Source: an uncultured bacterium
Lineage (GTDB): Bacteria > Acidobacteriota > Aminicenantia > Aminicenantales > Aminicenantaceae
Reading direction: 5' to 3'
DNA length: 64,000 nt
Assembly (NCBI GenBank): GCA_965533275.1
Contig: CBESWG010000007.1
Location: 27,440 to 91,439 of the forward strand
Both the position numbers and the translations under genes were made by a program. The first letter of the stretch is position 1, and the number at the start of each line of letters is the position of its first letter. The notes under the pieces are model-generated. The model was given only the letters and a program-made list of their open reading frames with translations. It was not told where the DNA came from and made no database searches. Below are positions 53,476 to 61,799 of this stretch, piece by piece.

Positions 53476-53494
53476 CCCAGGTTGAAGGAAAACC

Positions 53495-54100
53495 ATGAAA
53501 AGAACAACGATCGGTATGCTTTTGATTGCTATGTTGGCCGGGACGGCAGCGGCTCAGGTCGAGGTCGGGGTTCGCGGGGGGCAGCTTTCTTTATTCGACT
53601 CCGTCCTCCGGGACGTATACGGGAATGGATGGATCGTCCATCCCTTCCTCCGTATCACTTCGGTCAAGACGCCAGTGGCCGTGGAGTTCTCCTATGAGGG
53701 GGGCTACAACCAGAGTGCCCCGATCGGACTCTATGACGAGATGAGCACCCTGAAGATGTACGGACTCGAAGTGTCCGCCTATGTGTGGCACAGCTTCGGC
53801 ATGGTGGCACCCTACCTGAAACTGGGGATGGGCTACTATTTCTACAGTCAGGACATCGACAGCGAATTCGTGGACAAGAAGGTCCAGGGCAGCGAGCAGA
53901 GGCTGCTCTTTGCCGCCGGGCTCGACATCAACCTGACGAAGAACCTGTTTCTGACCGGTGAGGTCAAGGCGGTACCCTGGCTTGTGGCCCCGTACGGCAT
54001 AGAAGTTATACTGGGGGGCATGCGCTACATGGTGGGAGTCGGCTATCGCTTCACTTTAGGCTCCAAGAAAAGTGTGAGGGATGTCGAACAACTGCCCTGA
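53495..54100 (+). CDS. outer-membrane beta-barrel protein (OmpW/OmpA-beta-like)
   Basis: Signal peptide MKRTTIGMLLIAMLAGTAAAQ. Alternating hydrophobic strands. Aromatic-rich C-terminal strand VGVGYRF. Starts 19 nt after the S8 protease stop. Confidence 0.7.
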   Translation: MKRTTIGMLLIAMLAGTAAAQVEVGVRGGQLSLFDSVLRDVYGNGWIVHPFLRITSVKTPVAVEFSYEGGYNQSAPIGLYDEMSTLKMYGLEVSAYVWHSFGMVAPYLKLGMGYYFYSQDIDSEFVDKKVQGSEQRLLFAAGLDINLTKNLFLTGEVKAVPWLVAPYGIEVILGGMRYMVGVGYRFTLGSKKSVRDVEQLP

Positions 54101-54121
54101 GTGAGCGTCCGTTCCACGTCA

Positions 54122-54806
54122 TCATCGGGCCCTGGAAAACCGTCCAGAGGCCTGCACTCCCAGACTGATGTTCATCTCCGGTGGACAGAGGTTTCGCAGT
54201 GATTCCGCCCGCAGCAGGGGCAGGCACTCGCTCCTCACCGGCCCCTCGATCTGCAGCTGTACGATGCTTCCGGGATCGAGCCTGCGGATGCTTCTGCGGA
54301 GAAACCTGTCGAGCGCCTCATTGTCCAGGGAACCCTTGGGAATCTTGATCCGGACCATGGGCCGTGCCGGCAGTTTCACGAACTCCCAATCCAGGTGCGT
54401 TGGCGCCCCTGCCCCTCCCTGCCCGAGTGTCAGATGCAGCACCCCCTTGGGCTCCTCCTTCTCTGCGAAAGAGGTTCGCTCGATCGATCCGGGATAGAGG
54501 ACGGGCGTCCTCAGCGTCCGTCCGTAGAGGTCGCTGCGGAGTACCTGGTGGCGGTGGATGTGCCCGGATAGCACAGCGGTGAACTCCGGCGGCACATCCC
54601 GGTGGCGGATCACGTCCTCCGCGCCCCGAAATGTGTAATCTGACGGGCCTACCGGCGCGCCTTCGAAACAGTGGTGGAGGCAGAGCAGCGCGCTGGAAGT
54701 TGGCAAAGAAATCGTCTCCACGCCTGCGGCGTTGGATCCGGGGCCGGAACGGAAGGTCGAAACCCAGGTGTGTATCGGCCAGGAAGAGGATTCGGATCAC
54801 ACCCAT
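54122..54806 (-). pseudogene. Mre11/SbcD-like metallophosphoesterase, apparently internally deleted and frameshifted
   Basis: Frame B (from ATG 54806) gives MGVIRILFLADTHLGFDLPFRPRIQRRRRGDDFFANFQRA, which contains motif I (D-x-H). Near 54690 the meaningful reading switches to frame A: LLCLHHCFEGAPVGPSDYTF...AVLSGHIHRHQVL...YPGSIERTSFAE. The expected GDLF and GNH(D/E) motifs are absent from both frames. Confidence 0.6.
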
Positions 54807-55924
54807 GACAGCATCTTCTGTAGACTTAACTGATCCAGCTGGCTGGACGGGTGAAGGAAGAGCTCAGGCGCCCGTCCCTCGGCACAAAGCCGCCGGATCT
54901 CAGTCGTCAGGACGCGCAGGCGGTCGTAGGTGGCGAGATCGAATCCCTCCTGCCGGTCAACGAGATGCTTGTGATGCAGAGTCGGGACCGGGATTTCTTC
55001 TCCAGCACCAACAGGCCCGGGAAAAAAGGGCCGCCCCTTTTCGATAACGACCACATGCCTCTGCGCAGGATCTTCCCTGTCTTCCCAGGTCAGGCTGGAC
55101 TCACAGAGCCGGAGCAGCCAGCGCCGCCGCCGGATCTGATAGATGCCGGTTCGGATCGTGCCGCGTAGAGCGTTTGTCACGCGTTCCTCCGTCCAGATCC
55201 CGGGTTCGGAGCCTGTTCCTTCCCCTCCTTCTTCCGCATCCTCTGGGAGCGCCTCGGATCCCTCTTTCTCTTTTTTGCCTTGGGCCTCGGCCGCCTTCTC
55301 TGCCAGCTTGTCTTGCCAGAATCGGGCCCCCAGGGCCAACAGCGCGGCCAGATCCATGTCGGGAGAAAGCCGGTCCCGGTACAGGTGCAGGAAGGCACTC
55401 AAGCCCCGACGAAAGATATTCCGTTCGGGGAGATATTCCCTCGGGATGTCCAGGATATCCTGCATGACACGTACTCCGATCCGGGGATTTCGCTGCTTGA
55501 GGAGGCCTGCCAGTGGACCCAGGGGAGCCACCTGAGTCCGGGTCGCCAGAGGGCCGATCCTATGGGCGCGGTCAGGGCTCGACGGCCGGAAGGAGAGCAG
55601 GTCGGTCGAGGCGTACCAGATCCCGCGGTTTTTTGCCTGCAGGGCCCGGTTGAAGGGCGGTGTCAGGCGCTTTATCTCGTCTGACTCCAGGAGTGCCGCT
55701 TCCAGTGCTGTGACAGTGGGAGTGACCGTAAGGTCCTTGGCTTGACTGAGCATTTCGAGGATGTGTTCGGAATGGCGGCCCTGCGGCTGAAAGTAGCCAT
55801 TCACCCTGCGTTTCAGAGACCTGGCCTTGCCAACGTAAAGGATGTCTCCGTTCAGGCGGTACATGCGGTAGACGCCTGGCCGGTCGGGGAGGCCCTCGCG
55901 CAGCCTCTTTTCCATGGGATACAC
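54797..55924 (-). CDS. GIY-YIG nuclease (UvrC-N/Cho-like) with uncharacterised C-terminal domain
   Basis: GTG 55924 or ATG 55915. Blocks: PGVYRMY (GIY), ILYVGKARSLKRRV (YIG + Arg), ALLESDEIKRLTPPFN (Glu, Asn). An acidic low-complexity linker and about 170 aa of unknown fold follow. Confidence 0.8.
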   Translation of the reverse strand: MYPMEKRLREGLPDRPGVYRMYRLNGDILYVGKARSLKRRVNGYFQPQGRHSEHILEMLSQAKDLTVTPTVTALEAALLESDEIKRLTPPFNRALQAKNRGIWYASTDLLSFRPSSPDRAHRIGPLATRTQVAPLGPLAGLLKQRNPRIGVRVMQDILDIPREYLPERNIFRRGLSAFLHLYRDRLSPDMDLAALLALGARFWQDKLAEKAAEAQGKKEKEGSEALPEDAEEGGEGTGSEPGIWTEERVTNALRGTIRTGIYQIRRRRWLLRLCESSLTWEDREDPAQRHVVVIEKGRPFFPGPVGAGEEIPVPTLHHKHLVDRQEGFDLATYDRLRVLTTEIRRLCAEGRAPELFLHPSSQLDQLSLQKMLSWV

Positions 55925-56598
55925 CCGCTTGCGCGGGGTGTAGGCGATGGGGCTTTGGACAGCGCGAGCCAGTCCTTGAGCTCGGCAAATCCGGTTATTC
56001 CCTCCTCCGCAAGGAGACGCACCAGGTGCCTCCAGATCAGCGCCGTGGCGTTCACATGGTGGGAGCTGCGCCTCAGTTCGGGCAGGGAATAGCCGAAGTA
56101 TCCCGTCACGGCACGCAGGCCCTTGCGCGGCAGACCCGGAAAGAGGCGCTGCACGATCTGATGCGTACAGACGATGTCCAGGGGAAACGGTTGCTTTCCA
56201 GGGCGATCGGCATGGAGCTTTTGCAGGAACGGTTCCTCATAGCGGCGAAAATGGATCACCGTGGGACAGAGAGCGGAACCGCTCAGGTCGGCAATCTCCC
56301 GGGCGGCCTGCGAAAATCGGTCCCACACCTCTTGAACGGTGGGGGCCCTCCTCAGATCTTCGAGCGCTATCCCCGTGATCTTCAACACATGCGGCGGGAG
56401 GGCGGCCCTGCGGGGGACGCGGAGGAGAGTGGATCGAGCCTCCCCCGCGACCTCCGCGGCCGGTGGGTATTCGGAGGCCCGGGTGGGGAGCCAGCCCAGT
56501 TCCAGCAGATGCCCTGACGCTGGCCGGCTGCTGGTCACCTGGCAGTCCACGGCCAGCACCTCCATGTCTCTGAGCTCCTGAAGCCGGGGCTGAGTCAT
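55852..56598 (-). CDS. DnaQ/epsilon-like (DEDDh fold) exonuclease homolog with substituted catalytic residues
   Basis: ATG 56598 forms an ATGA overlap with the helicase stop. Colinear exonuclease blocks: VLAVDCQVTS (Exo I), ITGIALEDL, TVIHFRRYEEPFL (Exo II), SSHHVNATALIW (Exo III). The last ~35 aa are low-complexity and overlap the next gene. Confidence 0.7.
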   Translation of the reverse strand: MTQPRLQELRDMEVLAVDCQVTSSRPASGHLLELGWLPTRASEYPPAAEVAGEARSTLLRVPRRAALPPHVLKITGIALEDLRRAPTVQEVWDRFSQAAREIADLSGSALCPTVIHFRRYEEPFLQKLHADRPGKQPFPLDIVCTHQIVQRLFPGLPRKGLRAVTGYFGYSLPELRRSSHHVNATALIWRHLVRLLAEEGITGFAELKDWLALSKAPSPTPRASGCIPWKRGCARASPTGQASTACTA

Positions 56599-58961
56599 TC
56601 CGCCCACACCTGCCGCATGCCCTGCCAAAAACTGCGGAGGTGCCCTGCGATCTCTTCCGCGTCTTCGAGTGCCCGGGCCTGCCACTCCCAAGGGAACAGC
56701 TCGTTGTACTGGGGCCGGCCGTAGCGTGGATCTATCAGGAGCACGGCACCCTGGTCGTTCGCCGAGCGGATCACCCGCCCGGCGGCCTGGAGCACCCGGA
56801 TCATACCGGGGTAGAGGTAGGCATAGTCGAATCCGGAGGCGTCCTCCTGATCGAAGTGTTCGCGTATGATCTCCCGTTCCGGTGTGATCGCGGGCATGCC
56901 CACCCCCACGATCGCTGCCCCGGAGAGGCGGTCACCCATCAGGTCGATCCCCTCTCCGAAGATGCCGCCCATGACCGCGAAGCCCACCAGTGTGCGGCTG
57001 TTTTCCCTGGCGAACCGGCTCAGGTACTCGGACCTCGCATCCTCGCTCATGCCGGCTCTCTGGATGAGGACCTCGTGAAGCGGATAAGCCTGGAGATAGA
57101 GGGGATGCACCATCTGCATGTAGGCGTAAGAAGGGAAAAATACCATGAAATTCCCCGGCCGGGATCCGGTCAGTGCCCCGAGGGCCCGGGTCAAAGAGGC
57201 TCGCGTCGAACTCCGGTGCCGGAAATATGTGGATACCGAACCATTGATCACCACGCGCAGGTTCTCGGGAGGGAAGGGAGAGGGGAGAACACATTGATCC
57301 GCTTCCTCCCGCAGACCCAGTATCCTGGCGAAATAGGGCATGGGAGTGAGGGTCGCAGAATACAGGATCGTGCTGCGCGACCGTTCGAATACAGCTCGCA
57401 GCTGCGCCGAAGGATCGATACAGAAAAGCTTGATCCTCAGGTCGCGTCCCTGGGCCTGAGTGAACGTGACATAGGCCTCTTCTTGATAGAGCTCTGCCAC
57501 ACGCTGGAACCAGAGCGCCTCGAAATACCGCTCCTGCAGGAGCGGGCGCAGGGCCGCAAACCGTGGTTGGGTATAGCCGCGCTCCAGGGCGCCGCAGAAC
57601 CTGCGCAGGAGGGGGAGGAGGTCGTCCGGACGCTCCTTCTCCCGCCGCATGGGTTCCGGCTGCATCGCCTTCTTCTTTTCAAGGAGCTTGGTGTTGATCC
57701 TGCCTGCCAGCTTGTAGATCTCCGAGCTTTTATCCTTCAGGAGCCGGCGGAGCTCGAGATAGCGCGACTTCTGAATCTCGGCCGAGAACATATCCCGCGC
57801 CCTGTCCACCAGGTTGTGGGCCTCGTCCACAAAAAACACACAGTCGAGCCCGGGATCCAGGAAAAAACGCTTCAGGTAGACCCGGGGATCCAAGGCATAG
57901 TTATAGTCACAGATGATGACATCCATCCACAGGGCCAGGTCCAAGGAGAGCTCAAAGGGACAGATCCGGAACCTGGAGGCCAGCTCCATGATCCGCTCTC
58001 TGGTGAACGCGTCGTGTGCAAAGAGCGCCTCCCGCGCCTCCGGCATCCTGTCGTAGTAGCCGCGGGCATAGGGACACTCCTCTCCGCTGCAGTTCATCTC
58101 CCGATTGAGGCAGACTTTTTCCTTGGCCGTTATCGTCAGGGATTTGACACGCAGCCCCGCCGAGCACATCTCCTCCAGGGTTTTTTCCGCGATGGCCCGG
58201 CCCGTGGTCCGGGCAGTCAGATAGAAGATAAATTCGGACCGTTCCTCTGCCAGGGCTTTGAGCGCCGGGAACAGCGCCGCTACCGTCTTCCCTGTTCCCG
58301 TGGGAGCCTGGATCAGGGACTGTCCCTGCCCTGCGATGGTGTCCGAGACCTGCTCCATCATGCGGGCCTGCCCGGCTCTCAACCCGGCGTAGGGGAATCC
58401 GCCCTCCCTGATCGTTCGATCCCGCTCTGCCCTCCAGGAATCGATCTTCTGCCTCCACTCCAGATAGCGCTCGATGAGATCGTTCAGGTAGGTCCGGAGA
58501 TCCCGGGAGCTTTCATCCCTAAAAAATGTGCGGGTCTCGTTGCGCTCGACCTGCCAGTAGGTGAGCTGGAGCCTGAGTTCGTCCACTCCCTGTTCGGAAG
58601 CATACAGGGCGGCATACACCATCAGCTGTGCCCAGTGCAGGCCCTCATTCCGCCCGATGAAGCCGCCCAGGTCTTTGTTCTGAGTGGTCTTGATCTCCTC
58701 GATGACCACCTCTCCATCCTGTTCATACACACCATCGATGCGGCCCTGGATCTCCAGGGTATAGGGCCCGGATTCCGACACATATGCCACGGCGACCTCC
58801 TTCCTATAGGAGGGTGGTCGGGATCTCTGGATCTTCTGGTGGCCGCGGATGCCGGTCATGCTGTTGGGCCGCGCCAGCCCGTCGAATCCGGCCGAGAGAT
58901 CACCGCGGCGTTCGAGGTGTTCCACGAGAGTTCGTACGGAGATCCGGATATGTCTGCTCAA
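56595..58961 (-). CDS. PD-(D/E)xK nuclease domain fused to an XPD/DinG-family Fe-S DNA helicase
   Basis: 788 aa, TTG start. N-terminal GRIDGV...VVIEEIKT (D...E-x-K). Walker A QAPTGTGKT. Four Cys (VCLNREMNCSGEECPYARGYY ... ICPFE) lie between Walker A and the DEAH box VDEAHNL. C-terminal blocks GIFGEGIDL and QAAGRVIRS. Confidence 0.9.
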   Translation of the reverse strand: MSRHIRISVRTLVEHLERRGDLSAGFDGLARPNSMTGIRGHQKIQRSRPPSYRKEVAVAYVSESGPYTLEIQGRIDGVYEQDGEVVIEEIKTTQNKDLGGFIGRNEGLHWAQLMVYAALYASEQGVDELRLQLTYWQVERNETRTFFRDESSRDLRTYLNDLIERYLEWRQKIDSWRAERDRTIREGGFPYAGLRAGQARMMEQVSDTIAGQGQSLIQAPTGTGKTVAALFPALKALAEERSEFIFYLTARTTGRAIAEKTLEEMCSAGLRVKSLTITAKEKVCLNREMNCSGEECPYARGYYDRMPEAREALFAHDAFTRERIMELASRFRICPFELSLDLALWMDVIICDYNYALDPRVYLKRFFLDPGLDCVFFVDEAHNLVDRARDMFSAEIQKSRYLELRRLLKDKSSEIYKLAGRINTKLLEKKKAMQPEPMRREKERPDDLLPLLRRFCGALERGYTQPRFAALRPLLQERYFEALWFQRVAELYQEEAYVTFTQAQGRDLRIKLFCIDPSAQLRAVFERSRSTILYSATLTPMPYFARILGLREEADQCVLPSPFPPENLRVVINGSVSTYFRHRSSTRASLTRALGALTGSRPGNFMVFFPSYAYMQMVHPLYLQAYPLHEVLIQRAGMSEDARSEYLSRFARENSRTLVGFAVMGGIFGEGIDLMGDRLSGAAIVGVGMPAITPEREIIREHFDQEDASGFDYAYLYPGMIRVLQAAGRVIRSANDQGAVLLIDPRYGRPQYNELFPWEWQARALEDAEEIAGHLRSFWQGMRQVWAE

Positions 58962-59186
58962 ATGAATTATTTCCTCTGGTGTTCACCAATTTGTACACCC
59001 TAATACAGATGGGATCCTATGTCAAACGGGATCTTGGGCTTAGAATGATCCAGCACGAACCGTTGGCCAAGGGACGGTCTCAGAATGAGATCGAATATCA
59101 GGGTCGACATGTGAGGCTCGAGGTGCTATTATGAATGCGGTCACGCCGTCACAGCGCGGCCGGATTGTCAGCGGGAGGGAACCGCC

Positions 59187-59906
59187 ATGATCAAAGCAGT
59201 AACCTTTGACTGCTGGAACACTCTCATCGTGGACGATGACCAGCGGGCAGCAAAGATGCAGGCCTACTTCCGGTCCATCTTCGAGGAAAACAAGATCTTC
59301 CTGAGCGGCGAGGACATCAGCACCATCCTGTCCGATGAGCTGGTCCTGTTCGAAAACTACGTGGCCTCCCACCGGAAGACTCTCAATGCCCGCGGCCGGG
59401 CCGAGACCATTTTCCGGCTCGCTGGGCTCGATCTCCCCGAGGAGAGGCTCCTGCGTGTGGCCCATGACTGCGACCGCATGGCCCTCGAGGCACGCCCTCC
59501 GCTGGTGCCGGACATAAAAGAGACGCTCGAGGGACTGGCGGAGTCGCACTCCCTTGCCGTCATCTGCAACACCGGCTTCCATGGAGCGGCCACGCTCCGG
59601 GAGATCCTCTCGAATCACGGACTGACTCCGTACTTCCAGCACATGACATTCTCGGATGAGGCGGGTGTGGCCAAGCCCCATGAACGCATCTTTCAGATGA
59701 CGCTGCAGGCGCTGGGCTCCGGCCCGGAGGAAACCGTCCATGTGGGCGATTCCGAGCCGGCCGACATCACGGGCGCCAAGCTTGCCGGGCTCCGGGCCGT
59801 CCTGTTCACGGGCGCCAGCGACCGCTACGCTGAGGAAAACACAGCCCATGCTGTCGTCTCCGCATACACGGACCTGCCGGGTGCCCTGCGCTCGCTGGAC
59901 AGCTGA
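59187..59906 (+). CDS. HAD-superfamily hydrolase (subfamily IA-like)
   Basis: GGGAGGGA SD. Motif I variant VTFDCWNTL. Motif II VICNTG. Motif IV HVGDSEPADITGA. Confidence 0.85.
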   Translation: MIKAVTFDCWNTLIVDDDQRAAKMQAYFRSIFEENKIFLSGEDISTILSDELVLFENYVASHRKTLNARGRAETIFRLAGLDLPEERLLRVAHDCDRMALEARPPLVPDIKETLEGLAESHSLAVICNTGFHGAATLREILSNHGLTPYFQHMTFSDEAGVAKPHERIFQMTLQALGSGPEETVHVGDSEPADITGAKLAGLRAVLFTGASDRYAEENTAHAVVSAYTDLPGALRSLDS

Positions 59907-60004
59907 CAATTCACCCCTGATATCACCCCAGAAGGCGATTGCCGCCCTTGAGGATTACCCCTATACTCAGGAGGCATAACAGGGGCAGTCTCCAGGGGTG
60001 CGCC

Positions 60005-60032
60005 TTGACAAAACAGGGCATTTTGGTAGACT
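60005..60032 (+). promoter_or_regulatory. putative sigma70-type promoter of the GH99-like gene
   Basis: Perfect TTGACA (60005-60010), 16-nt spacer, TAGACT (60027-60032), about 27-36 nt upstream of the candidate starts. Confidence 0.4.
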
Positions 60033-60058
60033 GAACTGTTCATAGATCAGAAAAATAT

Positions 60059-61594
60059 GTGAATAGAATGCGACACCTAAACCGGATCACCGCACTCTCG
60101 CTCTTCCTCCTCCTGCTGCTCCCGGCCGCCGCTTCTGTGGCGAAAAAAGAGCTCATCGTGGCCGCCCATTACGCTCCCTGGTACCGCGGCGGCGGATCGG
60201 AGGGACAGTGGAAGTTCAATCAGGGGGGCAAGAATATCCAGACGGCCTACAAGCCGCTCCTGGGCTACTATAACAACCTGAATCCTTCGGTGCTCAATCA
60301 GCATATCAACTGGGCCAACAAGTACGGCATCAACACCTTCATGATCGAGTGGAACGGCAAGGACACCTCCGCGTTCTACAGCCCGCTCGATATCTCCATG
60401 CAGAGCTTTGTCCAGAATTCTAACTTCAGCAAGATCGATTTCTTCTTCGTCTATTCCTTTCTCTCCGCTCTGAAGAAGCAGAACGAAGCTCCGTTTGCCC
60501 CGGTCGACCTCAACAAGGCCTGGGTTCTGAACAAGCTGGTCGACGACTTCCGCTATGCTTCCCGTTATTACCTGAAGCGGGGGAACTACCTGAAGATCAA
60601 TAACCGGCCTGTGGTCTATCTCTGGGGTGTGCCCAGCACCAAGGGCAGCCTCAACAACGCCGTCAAACGGCTCAGGAACGTGATCAAAGCCGAGACTGGC
60701 AAGTACCCCTACCTCATCGCCGATGTGGTTGCCATGTATACCGACCCGGAGAAGAGCAAGACCAAACACTTCGATGCGGTCATGCCCTACGTGATGCTGG
60801 AGGTCAACGGCAGCCCTCCGCAGAACTATAAGCTCAAGAATTCAATCGAGACCATCAACGACCGCTACCGCTATTTCTACTACGCCTGCCAGGACCTGGA
60901 GACCAATTTCGTGCCCGTGGTGTTCCCCGGATTCGATGCCGTGGGCGCGCCCTGGTGCTACAACGGCAACAATCGGCTGAGCACCCCTACCGTCACACGC
61001 ACGACCACGGCCTTTAAGGACCTGGTCACCGCCGCCAAGGCCTATGTGGACTCGGACGTCAACATGCTCTATGTCACGTCCTGGAGCGAGTGGAACGAGG
61101 GCACCAACATCGAACCATCCGTGCAGTTCCAGTACAAATATCTCCAGGCCCTCCAAGCGGGCCTCGGCCGCGAGCCCACGGACAAGCCGAAGCGCAACCG
61201 GCTGCGCTTCAAGTTCAAGCGTGTCGTCGATGCCCCTGGGCAGGACAGCCGCAAGCTGGGAGCGTCGTTCCAGCTGGTCGAATTCCTGGACGAGAACCTG
61301 AATCCACTGCTCACCTTCGACATCGGGACAGAGGAAGTACGCGAGTCCATGGGTTGGGGCTGGTACAACGACGAATACAGCCCCCAGGAGGATACCACCT
61401 TCTGCTGGGCCGGGAAAAAAGAGAGGATCGCAACCCTGTATTTGAACCTCCCGGCCAAGGCCAAATACCTGAAGCTCATCTTGAGCGCTGTCGACAACCA
61501 GAAGATCACCATCCACCTGGACGACCGCTGGATCACAGCCATCGAGACCAACTACCCTTACCGCTGGACTCAGCAGCTCCTCCTCCTCAACTAA
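60059..61594 (+). CDS. secreted glycoside hydrolase family 99-like (endo-alpha-mannosidase-like) protein
   Basis: GTG 60059 or ATG 60068. Signal peptide. AAHYAPWY...AYKPLLGYYNNLNPSVLNQHINWANKYGINTFMIEWNG and YVTSWSEWNEGTNIEP resemble GH99/WbsX-like TIM-barrel proteins. The family assignment is tentative. Confidence 0.55.
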   Translation: MNRMRHLNRITALSLFLLLLLPAAASVAKKELIVAAHYAPWYRGGGSEGQWKFNQGGKNIQTAYKPLLGYYNNLNPSVLNQHINWANKYGINTFMIEWNGKDTSAFYSPLDISMQSFVQNSNFSKIDFFFVYSFLSALKKQNEAPFAPVDLNKAWVLNKLVDDFRYASRYYLKRGNYLKINNRPVVYLWGVPSTKGSLNNAVKRLRNVIKAETGKYPYLIADVVAMYTDPEKSKTKHFDAVMPYVMLEVNGSPPQNYKLKNSIETINDRYRYFYYACQDLETNFVPVVFPGFDAVGAPWCYNGNNRLSTPTVTRTTTAFKDLVTAAKAYVDSDVNMLYVTSWSEWNEGTNIEPSVQFQYKYLQALQAGLGREPTDKPKRNRLRFKFKRVVDAPGQDSRKLGASFQLVEFLDENLNPLLTFDIGTEEVRESMGWGWYNDEYSPQEDTTFCWAGKKERIATLYLNLPAKAKYLKLILSAVDNQKITIHLDDRWITAIETNYPYRWTQQLLLLN

Positions 61595-61674
61595 TTCGGG
61601 GTCGGACCACGAAATCTTACTGAAAACAATATAGTTACGTGCTTAGAGCCCCACTTTTTCAGGCTTAGACCAGC

Positions 61675-61692
61675 CTTTTTGGTACCAAAAAG
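61675..61692. repeat. 18-bp perfect palindrome CTTTTTGGTACCAAAAAG
   Basis: Read directly. It sits in the 205-nt intergenic region between the GH99-like gene and the DUF362 gene. Confidence 0.85.
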
Positions 61693-61799
61693 CGACTTCT
61701 AAGGCCGCTAACGAGGCCGTTCCCCTGCATGCTGCAAAGGGGATTGATGAAATTTAATAAAGTTTCCGGTAAAGTAGAGCGTTATCAGAGGAGGCATCG

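Noticed and set aside
56640-59003. A 787-aa plus-strand ORF almost exactly antisense to the 788-aa helicase gene.
   Set aside because: Its codons are in exact register with the helicase codons: both use plus-strand positions divisible by 3 as the low coordinate. An antisense stop would therefore need a sense TTA, CTA or TCA codon, and these are simply avoided in this GC-rich gene. The translation is R/G/P/L/E/H-rich with no motifs, while the minus strand carries Walker A, the Fe-S Cys cluster and the DEAH box.
58962-59186. Search for an SOS/LexA-type operator upstream of the helicase operon (CTGT-N8-ACAG or GAAC-N4-GTTC types).
   Set aside because: Only partial matches were found (CTGTATTAGGGTGTAC on the minus strand; CGAACCGTTGG). 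Neither completes a palindrome. The LexA motif of this lineage is unknown to me, so absence is not proven.
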